Source: a bacterium (GTDB lineage Bacteria; Patescibacteriota; Patescibacteriia; JACPHY01). From it: 64,000 nucleotides of DNA. The notes beneath the pieces are model-generated. The model worked only from the letters and a program-made list of their open reading frames with translations. It was not told where the DNA came from and made no database searches. Within the stretch, counting starts at the first letter, position 1; every line of letters starts with the position of its first letter. The stretch is taken from the NCBI GenBank assembly GCA_030647005.1, contig JAUSKG010000034.1:4050-68049 (forward strand). Direction: 5' to 3'. Both the position numbers and the translations under genes were made by a program. Positions 9,138 to 17,832 of this stretch are shown piece after piece.

Positions 9138-11429
9138 TTATCGTCGTGGGGGACGCGGGCCGCTCCTGCGGGGGCCGCCACCGGGACCGTGGCGTGGCGG
9201 GCCGCTGTGGCCGCCGGGACGCGGACCACCGCGATCGAATCCGCCAACGGGACGCTCGGGTGCCGGTGGGAAGGTGAACTCCTCGCCGGCGCGCACGGCC
9301 TCCACGATCGAGAGGTTCACGCGGCCCATGTCGTCAATCTCCTTCACCTTCACGGGAACAATGTCGCCGACTTTCACGATATCCTCCACCTTGTTCACGC
9401 GGTACGGCGCGAGCTCGGAGATGTGCACCATGCCGTCGCGACCGGGGAGCACCTCGACGAATGCGCCGAAATCGAGAATCCGGACGACTGGCCCGTGGAA
9501 GATCTCGCCGGCCTCCACCTCACGGGTGAGGTCGCGAATCCACTTCTTCGCGCGCTCCATGCCATCCGCCGTCACCGCGGTGATGAAGATTTGGCCGGAC
9601 TGCTCGATATCAATCTCGCAGCCGGTCTTGTCGATGATCGCGTTGATAACCTTCCCACCTGGGCCAATGACCTCACGGATCTTCTCGGGGTTGATCTGGA
9701 TGGTCTCGACGCGCGGCGCGTACTGCGAGAGCTCTGCACGCGGCGCGGCAATGACCTCCGCCATGCTGTCGAGCACCTGGAATCGCGCTTCGCGTGCCTG
9801 GTCAATCGCCGCGTCACAAATCTCAAGCGCGAGGCCTTTCGTCTTGGTGTCCATCTGTACAGCGGTGATGCCGGCTCGCGTTCCCGCGATCTTGAAGTCC
9901 ATGCCGCCCTTGCCGTCCTCGAGGTCCTGGAGATCGGTGAGAACCTTCCAACGGCCGGTGTCATCGGATGCGAGGCCCATGGCGATGCCGGCGACGGGTG
10001 CCGTGATCGGCACGCCCGCATCCATGAGCGCGAGCGTTGAACCGCACGTGGAGCCCATGGAACTCGATCCGTTCGAGGACATGACCTCAGAGACAACACG
10101 GATGGTGTACGGGAACGACTCCTTCGACGGGATGACCGGCTCGAGCGCACGCTCGGCGAGCGCACCGTGCCCGATGTCGCGCCGACCCGGGCCGCGCATC
10201 GGCCGCGCCTCTCCCACCGAGAACGGCGGGAAGTTGTAGTGGTGCATGTAGCGCTTCTTCATGTCGTACTCCATCGTGTCGAGGATCTGCTCCATGCCAG
10301 GCGAGCCGAGTGTGACGGTCGAAAGCACGTGGGTCTGCCCGCGCTGGAAGAGCCCCGACCCGTGCGTGCGCGGGAGCAGCGCGACCTCCGAGTGGAGCGG
10401 TCGAATTTCGTTGAGCTTGCGGCCGTCAATGCGGTAGCCCTCGTCGAGAATGAGTCCCACGATAACCCGCTCAATGATCGGCTTGACGAGGCGACGGCAC
10501 TGCGGGAGGAGATCCTCGGCGACACCGCGCTCCACGAGATGCGCGTCGAGCTCATCAATGAGGTTCTTCACGAGCGCATTGCGATCTTGCTTGGTCTCCG
10601 CAATACCTGCCTTGAGCACCGTGCGAGCGCGCGCGGTGACGAACGTCTCCGTGACCGCCGCAGCCGCATCGAGGTCCGCCGCACCCGCAGCCGGCACCGG
10701 CAGTACCTTCTCCTTGCCGGCCTCCTCTTGAATCTTCCGCACGAGTGCAACGACGGGGCCAAGGTGCTTCGCGCCAAAACGGATGGCCTCCTTCATGATC
10801 GCCTCCGGAACCTCATTCGCGCCGGCCTCCACCATGATCACCTGCTCTGCAGTTCCGGCGATGACGAGGTCGAGGACGCTCTTGTCGCGCGCCGCGTACG
10901 TGGGGTTGATGACCCACTCCTGCCGCGTCACATCATCGTCCGATGCAATGCGTCCGATGCGAATCCCGCCGATGGGGCCATCCCACGGAATGTCGGAAAT
11001 CGCGAGCGCGATGGATGCCGCGGTGATACCGAGGACATCGGAATCGTTCTCCGCGTCCCAGGAGAGCGTCGAGATGACGACTTGAACATCGTTGCGAATC
11101 CCCTCCGGGAAGAGCGGTCGGATACAGCGATCAATGAGCCGTCCGGCGAGGATCGCCTCGTCCGTCGGCCTCCCCTCACGCTTAATGAAGCGCGATCCCT
11201 TGATTTTCCCCGCCGCGTAGAGCTTCTCCTCAAAGTCCACCATGAGCGGGAAGAAATCAATCCCCTCGCGCGTAGACGGCGAGAGCACCGCAGTCGCGAG
11301 GACAACGGTGTCACCGTAGCGCACGAGGCAGGCACCGTTTGCCTGTCCGGCGAGTTTCCCGAGCTCGACGGTGAGCGTTCGCCCACCCCATGGGAGCTCG
11401 TACGAACGAATCTGGTCAGCCATATACAT
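9138..11429 (-). CDS. pnp: polynucleotide phosphorylase / polyadenylase with Gly-Pro-Arg-rich C-terminal tail
   Basis: Two RNase PH domains, KH and S1 domains are recognisable (KWIRDLTREVEAGEIFHGPVVRILDFGAFVEV). Start taken at MYMADQ. C-terminus is GGFDRGGPRPGGHSGPPRHGPGGGPRRSGPRPPRR. Confidence 0.95.
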   Translation of the reverse strand: MYMADQIRSYELPWGGRTLTVELGKLAGQANGACLVRYGDTVVLATAVLSPSTREGIDFFPLMVDFEEKLYAAGKIKGSRFIKREGRPTDEAILAGRLIDRCIRPLFPEGIRNDVQVVISTLSWDAENDSDVLGITAASIALAISDIPWDGPIGGIRIGRIASDDDVTRQEWVINPTYAARDKSVLDLVIAGTAEQVIMVEAGANEVPEAIMKEAIRFGAKHLGPVVALVRKIQEEAGKEKVLPVPAAGAADLDAAAAVTETFVTARARTVLKAGIAETKQDRNALVKNLIDELDAHLVERGVAEDLLPQCRRLVKPIIERVIVGLILDEGYRIDGRKLNEIRPLHSEVALLPRTHGSGLFQRGQTHVLSTVTLGSPGMEQILDTMEYDMKKRYMHHYNFPPFSVGEARPMRGPGRRDIGHGALAERALEPVIPSKESFPYTIRVVSEVMSSNGSSSMGSTCGSTLALMDAGVPITAPVAGIAMGLASDDTGRWKVLTDLQDLEDGKGGMDFKIAGTRAGITAVQMDTKTKGLALEICDAAIDQAREARFQVLDSMAEVIAAPRAELSQYAPRVETIQINPEKIREVIGPGGKVINAIIDKTGCEIDIEQSGQIFITAVTADGMERAKKWIRDLTREVEAGEIFHGPVVRILDFGAFVEVLPGRDGMVHISELAPYRVNKVEDIVKVGDIVPVKVKEIDDMGRVNLSIVEAVRAGEEFTFPPAPERPVGGFDRGGPRPGGHSGPPRHGPGGGPRRSGPRPPRR

Positions 11430-11533
11430 GGGAGTTGAGCGCGCAATGCCCCTCAACTCATAAATGGGCTGACCGATAGACCCGAACACCAGAGGGTGCT
11501 CTCCGTCTAGCGGTCAGCCATTGATTACAATAC

Positions 11534-12076
11534 TCACGAGGCCGTCTCTCGTCCCGCGGTGGGACGTATCAACCGCCTCCGACCCTTCATGATAACGAAC
11601 TGCTTATCATTGAGGTCTGTGAATCCATCCGCGATGGTCTGCACCTTGCCCGACGTGGTCGGACGGAATCCGCAGACCTCCACGAGCCGTCCCTCGTGCT
11701 GGAGGTACTCGATGAGCGGAATGAAGTCACCATCGCCCGAGCAGAGCACCACGACATCCACGAGGTCCGCGATGCGAATCGCATCCACGGCGATACCGAC
11801 ATCCCAATCCGCCTTCTTCGCGCCGGATGCAAACTCCTGGAGGTCTTTCTCCTTCGCTTCGATGCCGAGGTTCGTGAGCGCATCAAAGAACGCCTGCTCG
11901 GTGCCGGACGAGCCGCGAATGACGTAGGCGATCGCGCGGACGAGCTTGCGTCCAGAGACCGCGGACTCCAGGATGGCCTTGAAGTTCGGGTTGCCGCCGA
12001 ACATGTGCTGCGCAGAGTGGTAGAGGTTCTGCGCATCAATGAACACCGCGACCCGTTGTTCCTCGTGTCTGATCAT
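11534..12076 (-). CDS. NYN-domain (LabA-like / DUF88) protein
   Basis: VAVFIDAQNLYHSAQ...DVVVLCSGDGDFIPLIEYLQHEGRLVEVCGF matches the NYN/PIN-like nuclease fold signature. It sits between rpsO and pnp. Confidence 0.7.
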   Translation of the reverse strand: MIRHEEQRVAVFIDAQNLYHSAQHMFGGNPNFKAILESAVSGRKLVRAIAYVIRGSSGTEQAFFDALTNLGIEAKEKDLQEFASGAKKADWDVGIAVDAIRIADLVDVVVLCSGDGDFIPLIEYLQHEGRLVEVCGFRPTTSGKVQTIADGFTDLNDKQFVIMKGRRRLIRPTAGRETAS

Positions 12077-12085
12077 GCGCGTGCG

Positions 12086-12484
12086 TTATGACGCATTGGC
12101 ACCGCGCACTTCCGGAACATTCCGGAGACCTGCGCCGTGCTTGATGGCCTGGTTCATGCGCTTCTTCGTGGCGCCAATGAGCGGCTCGGGTTCTGCACTC
12201 GCCGCTTCGACCGCGCTCTTCGTCTTGAGCTTGAGTCGCTTCGCGAGCTCATCGTGCGCCTCGGGATTCTCACGACCGAGGTACTTGAGGAGCCGACGAC
12301 GCTCCGAGACCTTCTTGAGGAGGCCGCGGCGGGACGAGAAGTCCTTCTTGTGGAGTTTGAGGTGATCCACGAGAAACCGAATCTCCTCCGTGAGGATCGC
12401 AATCTGTACCTGCGGGGAGCCGGTGTCACCCTCGTGCGTCTGGAACTTCTTGATGAGTCGCTCCTTGAACTTCTTGTCAACCAT
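12086..12484 (-). CDS. rpsO: 30S ribosomal protein S15 with ~40-aa C-terminal extension
   Basis: [69 protein letters not shown] is canonical S15. An extra tail [42 protein letters not shown] follows. Start is at the internal M of the track ORF. Confidence 0.9.
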   Translation of the reverse strand: MVDKKFKERLIKKFQTHEGDTGSPQVQIAILTEEIRFLVDHLKLHKKDFSSRRGLLKKVSERRRLLKYLGRENPEAHDELAKRLKLKTKSAVEAASAEPEPLIGATKKRMNQAIKHGAGLRNVPEVRGANAS

Positions 12485-12653
12485 AAACCGTGTCGCGAGT
12501 TGCCAAGCACCCGCCAATGGAGCGCGGTGCCGAGCAATCGCCAATGATTATTACCTGCGGCTAGCGTAGCACAGTGTCAGGAAAGAGCAAGAACCGGTAC
12601 GATTCGGTATAATTCCTCTACGACGCATCCTCGGAGCACCCTGCACACGGTGT

Positions 12654-13628
12654 ATGACCATCAAGTCCTTCCCCCTCCAACACGCAGTCCGGCAGTTCCT
12701 TGAGTACTGCGAGGTGGAGCGCGGTCGTGCGCCAGCGACGCTCACGATGTACGGGTTCGTGCTCGATCGATTCCTCGCGTTTGCCGCGAAGCGTGGGGCA
12801 AAATCCACGGAGGACATCACGATGGAGCTCGTGCGGGCCTTCCGCATGTGGCTCCACCGTCGGCCGGGCCGCGCGGCGGAGACGCTCACCATTGGGACAC
12901 AGAACCTCCACCTCGTCATCCTGCGCTCGTTCCTCAAGTTCTGCGTGAAGCGCGACATCGCATCGCTCGCGCCAGAGAAGATCGAGCTCCCCAAACAGAA
13001 CGAGCGGGAAGTGGCGTTCCTGGAGCCCGAGGAAGTAGAACGACTCCTCGCCGCGCCGCTCGCGGACGTGACGGAAGGTACACGGGGCACGGGACGCATC
13101 CTCCGCCTCCGCGATGCTGCGATCCTCGAAGTACTCTTCTCCACCGGCATGCGCGTGGGCGAGCTCGTGCGGGTGGAACGCGATGCCATCAACCTCAAAC
13201 GCGGCGAGTTCGCGGTGCACGGAAAGGGTGGGAAGGTACGCATCGTGTTCCTGTCGGACACCGCGACGGGCGCACTCAAACGCTACCTCGACGCGCGGCG
13301 CGATCCGTCGCCGTTCGTGTTCGTGCGGCACGATCGGGCAGTACGTCGCACGCCGGAGGAAGTGCGGTCACTCTCGGCGCGGAGCGTGGAGCGGCTCGTG
13401 GCGAAGTACGCGAGGGCAGCGGGAATCGTGAAGCACGTCCACCCACATACGCTGCGCCACAGTTTTGCGACGGACCTCCTCCGTGGCGGCGCGCAGCTCC
13501 GCGATGTCCAGGCCATGCTCGGCCACTCCTCCATCACGACGACCCAGATCTACACGCACGTCACCAACCGCCAGCTCCGCGCGGTGCACCAACGCCGCCA
13601 CCGACGACGCGCGACGCCCCGTGATTGA
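12654..13628 (+). CDS. tyrosine site-specific recombinase, XerC/XerD family
   Basis: An N-terminal SAM-like domain is followed by a catalytic domain with R...HPHTLRHSFATDLLRGGAQLRDVQAMLGHSSITTTQIYTHV (RHRY-type active site). Confidence 0.85.
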   Translation: MTIKSFPLQHAVRQFLEYCEVERGRAPATLTMYGFVLDRFLAFAAKRGAKSTEDITMELVRAFRMWLHRRPGRAAETLTIGTQNLHLVILRSFLKFCVKRDIASLAPEKIELPKQNEREVAFLEPEEVERLLAAPLADVTEGTRGTGRILRLRDAAILEVLFSTGMRVGELVRVERDAINLKRGEFAVHGKGGKVRIVFLSDTATGALKRYLDARRDPSPFVFVRHDRAVRRTPEEVRSLSARSVERLVAKYARAAGIVKHVHPHTLRHSFATDLLRGGAQLRDVQAMLGHSSITTTQIYTHVTNRQLRAVHQRRHRRRATPRD

Positions 13629-13680
13629 CAGGACGCACTGCACCTGCTACCATGGTGACAGCATCTTCCACGGAGGAACC

Positions 13681-14187
13681 ATGCAACTGGAGAAGCAGCT
13701 ACACATCGAGGGAGCCCACTACACCCTTGGGGGCAGAACCGAATATCTCACCATATCCGCCACGCAAAGCGATCACTGGGGGAGTCAGACCACCTCAACG
13801 CTCGTCCTAGACCTCACGACCTCCCTGCGATTTGGGATCCCTTGGAACGCCGGAGGCCTCCCGGACACCATCACGGTGCTGGTAGAACCCGTACCCTACG
13901 AGGGATTTCATGCCTTTCGTGACAGCGGCGGGCATACGAATGAGCTCCTCGCACTCGAACGACTCGTGTGGGAAGAGCTCGTGCAGGACCGCCCAACACT
14001 CCCGCCACACCGCGAGGTTCGTACCAACCGCGTTCTCCACATCGGCACATGGCATGCCAGCGGCGAGCCGCTCCGACTTCCGCGGTACACCCTCGCCCTG
14101 CTTCTCACCCCGAACGAATACCTCGCGTGCAAGAATCAAACACCCGGGACGCACTACCGCATCACGCTATCCCTCGTACACGCGTGA
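13681..14187 (+). CDS. hypothetical protein (paralog A of tandem pair)
   Basis: Start MQLEKQ with a GGAGGA SD. It shares its C-terminal motif (PGTHYRITLSLVHA vs PGTYYSVTITAPHQ) and overall pattern with the next gene. Confidence 0.5.
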   Translation: MQLEKQLHIEGAHYTLGGRTEYLTISATQSDHWGSQTTSTLVLDLTTSLRFGIPWNAGGLPDTITVLVEPVPYEGFHAFRDSGGHTNELLALERLVWEELVQDRPTLPPHREVRTNRVLHIGTWHASGEPLRLPRYTLALLLTPNEYLACKNQTPGTHYRITLSLVHA

Positions 14188-14202
14188 GCACCGCACCCGC
14201 AG

Positions 14203-14233
14203 ACACCCGCTCCCCTCCGGAGCGGGTGTTTCC
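14203..14233 (+). terminator. intrinsic-terminator-like hairpin (ACACCCGCTCC-CCTC-GGAGCGGGTGT + TTTCC), copy 1 of a duplicated module
   Basis: Perfect 11-bp GC stem immediately 3' of paralog A, followed by T residues. Identical hairpin at 14769..14796. Confidence 0.5.
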
Positions 14234-14242
14234 TTGAGGCAG

Positions 14243-14271
14243 TTGACAGGATACGGTGATCCAGCTACCAT
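14243..14271 (+). promoter_or_regulatory. putative promoter TTGACA-17-TACCAT upstream of paralog B
   Basis: Perfect -35 hexamer with 17-nt spacing to a TANNNT-type -10. It is ~28 nt upstream of the RBS and ATG at 14300. Confidence 0.3.
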
Positions 14272-14299
14272 GCTCACGGAGTCCTTTCGAGGAGAAAAC

Positions 14300-14755
14300 A
14301 TGGAACTCGCAAAGTACATGACCGTACACTCGGTGGAGTTAGGACAGCACCGGCAAGTCGTTCGACTGGAGCACCCTGAGCTGCCCGATACGCACTCGAT
14401 GCTCATCCACCACCCCGCGCACAGCCACTGCACGCTCCCGGATCACTTCTGGGTCCCGGACCGAAAAGCCCTGGTGACGCTCTCGACCTTCGTCGGCGAG
14501 GCCCCACACCAACGAGGTGCGGGTGGCCGGCACATCCTCGGGCTCAAGAGCATCACCTCTATCCATGCCGTCGAAGAACGCGCGGGTGAGCGCTGGACAC
14601 ACAAGCGCTGGACGATCCACGTCACGACGCTCGCGGGGCAAGAGTTTCCGAACTACACGTTCACGCTCCCGCTCACGGAGGCCGAGTGGTGCTCGTGTCT
14701 CGATCAACCACCGGGGACGTACTACTCTGTAACGATCACCGCGCCGCACCAGTAG
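14300..14755 (+). CDS. hypothetical protein (paralog B of tandem pair)
   Basis: Start MELAKYM with a GAGGAG SD; paralogous to 13681..14187. Confidence 0.5.
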   Translation: MELAKYMTVHSVELGQHRQVVRLEHPELPDTHSMLIHHPAHSHCTLPDHFWVPDRKALVTLSTFVGEAPHQRGAGGRHILGLKSITSIHAVEERAGERWTHKRWTIHVTTLAGQEFPNYTFTLPLTEAEWCSCLDQPPGTYYSVTITAPHQ

Positions 14756-14768
14756 CAGCTTTACACCG

Positions 14769-14796
14769 ACACCCGCTCCCCTCCGGAGCGGGTGTT
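14769..14796 (+). terminator. intrinsic-terminator-like hairpin, copy 2 of duplicated module
   Basis: Same ACACCCGCTCC-CCTC-GGAGCGGGTGT hairpin immediately 3' of paralog B. Confidence 0.5.
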
Positions 14797-14800
14797 GCCA

Positions 14801-14828
14801 TTGAACAGTATGTCGTGTATGCTACGGT
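14801..14828 (+). promoter_or_regulatory. putative promoter TTGAAC-16-TACGGT upstream of the tRNA-Arg/tRNA-His pair
   Basis: The -10-like TACGGT also occurs in the predicted promoter at 26710..26738. It is ~180 nt upstream of tRNA-Arg. Weak evidence. Confidence 0.25.
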
Positions 14829-15006
14829 GATGATGTGGTCCATGCCCGTTACCGGCGCATCGTCGCTCCCGCATCTGAACGCGAGCGAGCCGCAGGACGA
14901 GCGGGGGCAGAAGGGCTTTGCCCGACCCCCGCGAAGTCCGGAGACGAGCGACCTTGGCGTAGGGAAAAGAGGCCGAGAAAAACCGGGAGGTTTGTCTCGG
15001 AATGTT

Positions 15007-15078
15007 GCCCCCGTAGTTCAATGGATAGAACGCCGGACTTCTAAGCCGGCTATGGGAGTTCGATTCTCTCCGGGGGCA
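15007..15078 (+). tRNA. tRNA-Arg (anticodon TCT)
   Basis: Manual cloverleaf fold: acceptor GCCCCCG/CGGGGGC, D-arm GTTC-AATGGATA-GAAC, anticodon loop CTTCTAA, T-arm GGAGTTCGATTCTCC, discriminator A. No encoded CCA. Confidence 0.85.
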
Positions 15079-15100
15079 TAGGTGACAAGAAACACCGTAC

Positions 15101-15176
15101 GGCGGCCGTAGTTCAATGGTCAGAACACCGGGTTGTGGTCCCGGGGACGGGGGTTCAATTCCCCTCGGCCGCCCCA
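15101..15176 (+). tRNA. tRNA-His (anticodon GTG) with extra 5' G(-1) and encoded CCA
   Basis: G-1 followed by acceptor GCGGCCG/CGGCCGC. Anticodon loop TTGTGGT. T-arm GGGGGTTCAATTCCCCT. Discriminator C then CCA. Confidence 0.85.
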
Positions 15177-15215
15177 GCAAACACTCCGACGTAATGTCGG
15201 AGTGTTTGCTGTTGG
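15177..15215 (+). terminator. intrinsic terminator after the tRNA pair
   Basis: GCAAACACTCCGAC-GTAA-GTCGGAGTGTTTGC 14-bp stem, followed downstream by a T-rich run (TAGAATTTTTTT). Confidence 0.55.
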
Positions 15216-15695
15216 GCGTATAGAATTTTTTTCCCGTCCGTCATTGCGAGTCCGCGAAGTGACGCTCCTGCGTCATCTCGAGTGAGGTTTGACGAGCGAG
15301 AGACCCCACACTATCCATGAACCGTGTGAGATCCTTCGGTCGCAGATGCCCTCAGGACGACATCGGAACGTCGTCTCACCAGCAACAATCCCTTGTATCG
15401 TGTGAGATTGCTTCGCGGACTCGCAATGACGACAGAGGAGGTGGGAAGGTATGAGGTGAGCTGGTACAGCGAGCCGAGAGCAATCGGAATAGTACTGTCG
15501 CAAGCACGTCATTCGTCGAGCGAGTGGTAGATGGAGGCCGCGATGACGGAGGAGACCGCTGTGACAAGATGCCACGCCGCAATTTCGATGAGCATAGGTG
15601 ATGTCTCCATCGTAGTGCGGAGGCATGCAAGCGCACCAGTGGATAGCGGAGAAAAAAAGAGTGCACCCCCAACTTACGTTGGGGGTGCGTGGTAC

Positions 15696-17036
15696 TCAGG
15701 GAGACGCAGCATCGCGTGGATGCTGGCGCGTGTGGTCTGCGAGGAACCGCTCGCGGTCGAAGGTCGCGCCGACCCACGTGCAGACCTGCGCGATGTCCTC
15801 GCACGCGATGCCGAGGCAGACGCTCGCGCCCGGGGAGGGGGTGATCTCGTAGATGTCACCGTTCCCGACAATGCGTCCCTCGGCGTTGCTGAGCGCCATG
15901 GCCCGCGTATCAACGAGCTGTGGCCGTATGCCGCCCGCGCCACGCGCCCAGGTGAGGTCGCGCGACCGAAGCGTGGGCACGATCTTCTGCGCGGCGCGAA
16001 GGAAGATGCGCCTACCGAGCACCGGAATGAGCTCGATGGCTGCCATCCGCACGATGAAGGCGATGAGGTCTGGCCGGCAGAGCACCGCGACGTAGGAGAG
16101 GAGACCACGAATACTCCACACGATCGTCCGGAGAAAATCCCACGCGGTCTTGAGGCGGAACCGCTCGAGCACGGGGACCGCGAGCGCCGTGGGACCAAAG
16201 CGCGTCACACGCAGGTCGTGTACTTCTGGATCGCCGTGGATCGCCGCGAACGGGCGGGTGGGGTGCTGCATCGTATACACCTTGCCACGGAGGAGATGCG
16301 GAATGCGCGTCTGGAGGAACCGCCCCCGAATGGGGAGGATCTCGAGGTGCGCCGCGAGGCCCATCTCCTTCGCAAACCGGAGTGCGTGCGCGCCTGCGGC
16401 CACGATGACCGTGCGCGCGTGGATCGTGGCACGGCGCGTCGTGATGCGGAATCCATCCTCCTCGCGCGCGAGCGCGGTCACTGGCGTTGCGCGGAACACG
16501 TCCACCGCCGTCGTACTGCTCTTCCGCGCGAGGCGGACGAACGCCCGCGCGATACTCGCGAAGTCCACGATGTACCCATCGGTGGAGATGATCGCACGGA
16601 TGGCGCAGCGTGGAGAACGTCCCGCAATCACGCGTGGCTCAAACTGCGCGATCTCCTCGCGCCCGATGAGTCGGATGTCGGGGAAGAGATCATGGATGGC
16701 CTCATAGCGCGCGTTGAGCTGCGCGACTTCGTGCGCACCCACGGCGAGGAGCATCTTATGCCCCTTCCGGTACATCGCCGCATGCCCATACCGATCGAGA
16801 AACGCGGCGACGAGCTCTGCGGCATCCCGCACGCGCTCCGTCGTTGCCCGATCGAAGTTGGACTCGATGTCGCCGAAGTGCAGCGTCTGGGAGTTCGTTT
16901 GGGGGCTCGATGCGCCCGTGGCGATATCCTGTTCACGCTCGATGAGCGCGATGCGCTGCATGCTCGTGTAGCGGGATGCGACGTAGATGCTCGCAGTGCC
17001 GGTGTCACCAGCGCCGATGACTGCAAGATCGTACAT
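15696..17036 (-). CDS. FAD-dependent oxidoreductase (malate:quinone oxidoreductase / L-2-hydroxyglutarate oxidase-like family)
   Basis: Start MYDLAVIGAGDTGTASIY gives a Rossmann GxGxxG FAD-binding motif. An AGAGGAGG SD lies upstream. The track ORF extends 153 codons further into GC-rich noise. ~447 aa. Confidence 0.6.
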   Translation of the reverse strand: MYDLAVIGAGDTGTASIYVASRYTSMQRIALIEREQDIATGASSPQTNSQTLHFGDIESNFDRATTERVRDAAELVAAFLDRYGHAAMYRKGHKMLLAVGAHEVAQLNARYEAIHDLFPDIRLIGREEIAQFEPRVIAGRSPRCAIRAIISTDGYIVDFASIARAFVRLARKSSTTAVDVFRATPVTALAREEDGFRITTRRATIHARTVIVAAGAHALRFAKEMGLAAHLEILPIRGRFLQTRIPHLLRGKVYTMQHPTRPFAAIHGDPEVHDLRVTRFGPTALAVPVLERFRLKTAWDFLRTIVWSIRGLLSYVAVLCRPDLIAFIVRMAAIELIPVLGRRIFLRAAQKIVPTLRSRDLTWARGAGGIRPQLVDTRAMALSNAEGRIVGNGDIYEITPSPGASVCLGIACEDIAQVCTWVGATFDRERFLADHTRQHPRDAASP

Positions 17037-17131
17037 GGCACACTCCTCCTCTGGAGGGACAATCGAAGGAACCATGAACAACGCGGCACCGAGGCCGCTC
17101 GTTCCGATGCTCGCACGGATGTGCGACGCGG

Positions 17132-17776
17132 TCAAGCGCGCGGAAGGTTCACGCGGAAGAGGAGGATCGCGTAGGGCACGAGGGTGACCGCGGCGTAGAA
17201 GACGAGCGACGTGACGGCGAGCACGCGGAGGTCCTGGAGGAACCGCGGGAATGTCCGCTGGTAGCGCATCGAAAAGATCGATACGAGGAGCACGAGCCCG
17301 ATGAGCGCGTAGAGTATGATGAGGGGCGGCGACTCCACCGCCGTCCAGAGCGGACGCCCGTAGGCATGGAGGACGAGCATGAGCGGCGCAGCGATGAGCG
17401 CGGCGAGGTAGCCGCCCACCACCCAGCGCATGCGATCCAGGTGCATCGCGAACACTGCGAGGAGCACGAAGTTCACGAGCGTGTGGTAGAGCCACGAACC
17501 CTCAAACCCGACGAGTGTCGTGTCCACGATATCCAACCGATCGAACAGCCGCGCGGCGACGAGGAACGTCGTCGCGGTATGCACGGTGAAGAAGAGAACC
17601 CACCCGGTTCCGATGGACACGAGATACACAGCGGTCGCGTGCGGCATGACGAGCCCCACGGCGAGCACGAGTGCGCCGATCATGCACATGGTCACGTGTG
17701 CATCGCGCACGAACACGAGTCCAACAAATGCGATGACCGAAAGGAAGATGCCAATGAGGAGACGGACGAGGTGCAT
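17132..17776 (-). CDS. polytopic membrane protein, hypothetical
   Basis: 214 aa with ~6 hydrophobic helices; no recognisable catalytic motif. Confidence 0.45.
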   Translation of the reverse strand: MHLVRLLIGIFLSVIAFVGLVFVRDAHVTMCMIGALVLAVGLVMPHATAVYLVSIGTGWVLFFTVHTATTFLVAARLFDRLDIVDTTLVGFEGSWLYHTLVNFVLLAVFAMHLDRMRWVVGGYLAALIAAPLMLVLHAYGRPLWTAVESPPLIILYALIGLVLLVSIFSMRYQRTFPRFLQDLRVLAVTSLVFYAAVTLVPYAILLFRVNLPRA

Positions 17777-17832
17777 AGGCCCTCAGTATACCACCTCGAC
17801 ATGGAGCATGGGGTGGCCTATACTGGAGAAAG

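Noticed and set aside
9018-11438. Plus-strand ORFs 9018..10040, 9274..10239 and 10167..11438 opposite pnp
   Set aside because: pnp identity is unambiguous on the minus strand; these are antisense frames.
12654-15215. Prophage or integrative element next to tRNA genes, suggested by the adjacent tyrosine recombinase
   Set aside because: The recombinase looks like a housekeeping XerC/XerD (RHRY with XerD-like C-terminus). No att direct repeats, phage genes or GC shift were seen. It is kept only as a low-interest note in the findings.
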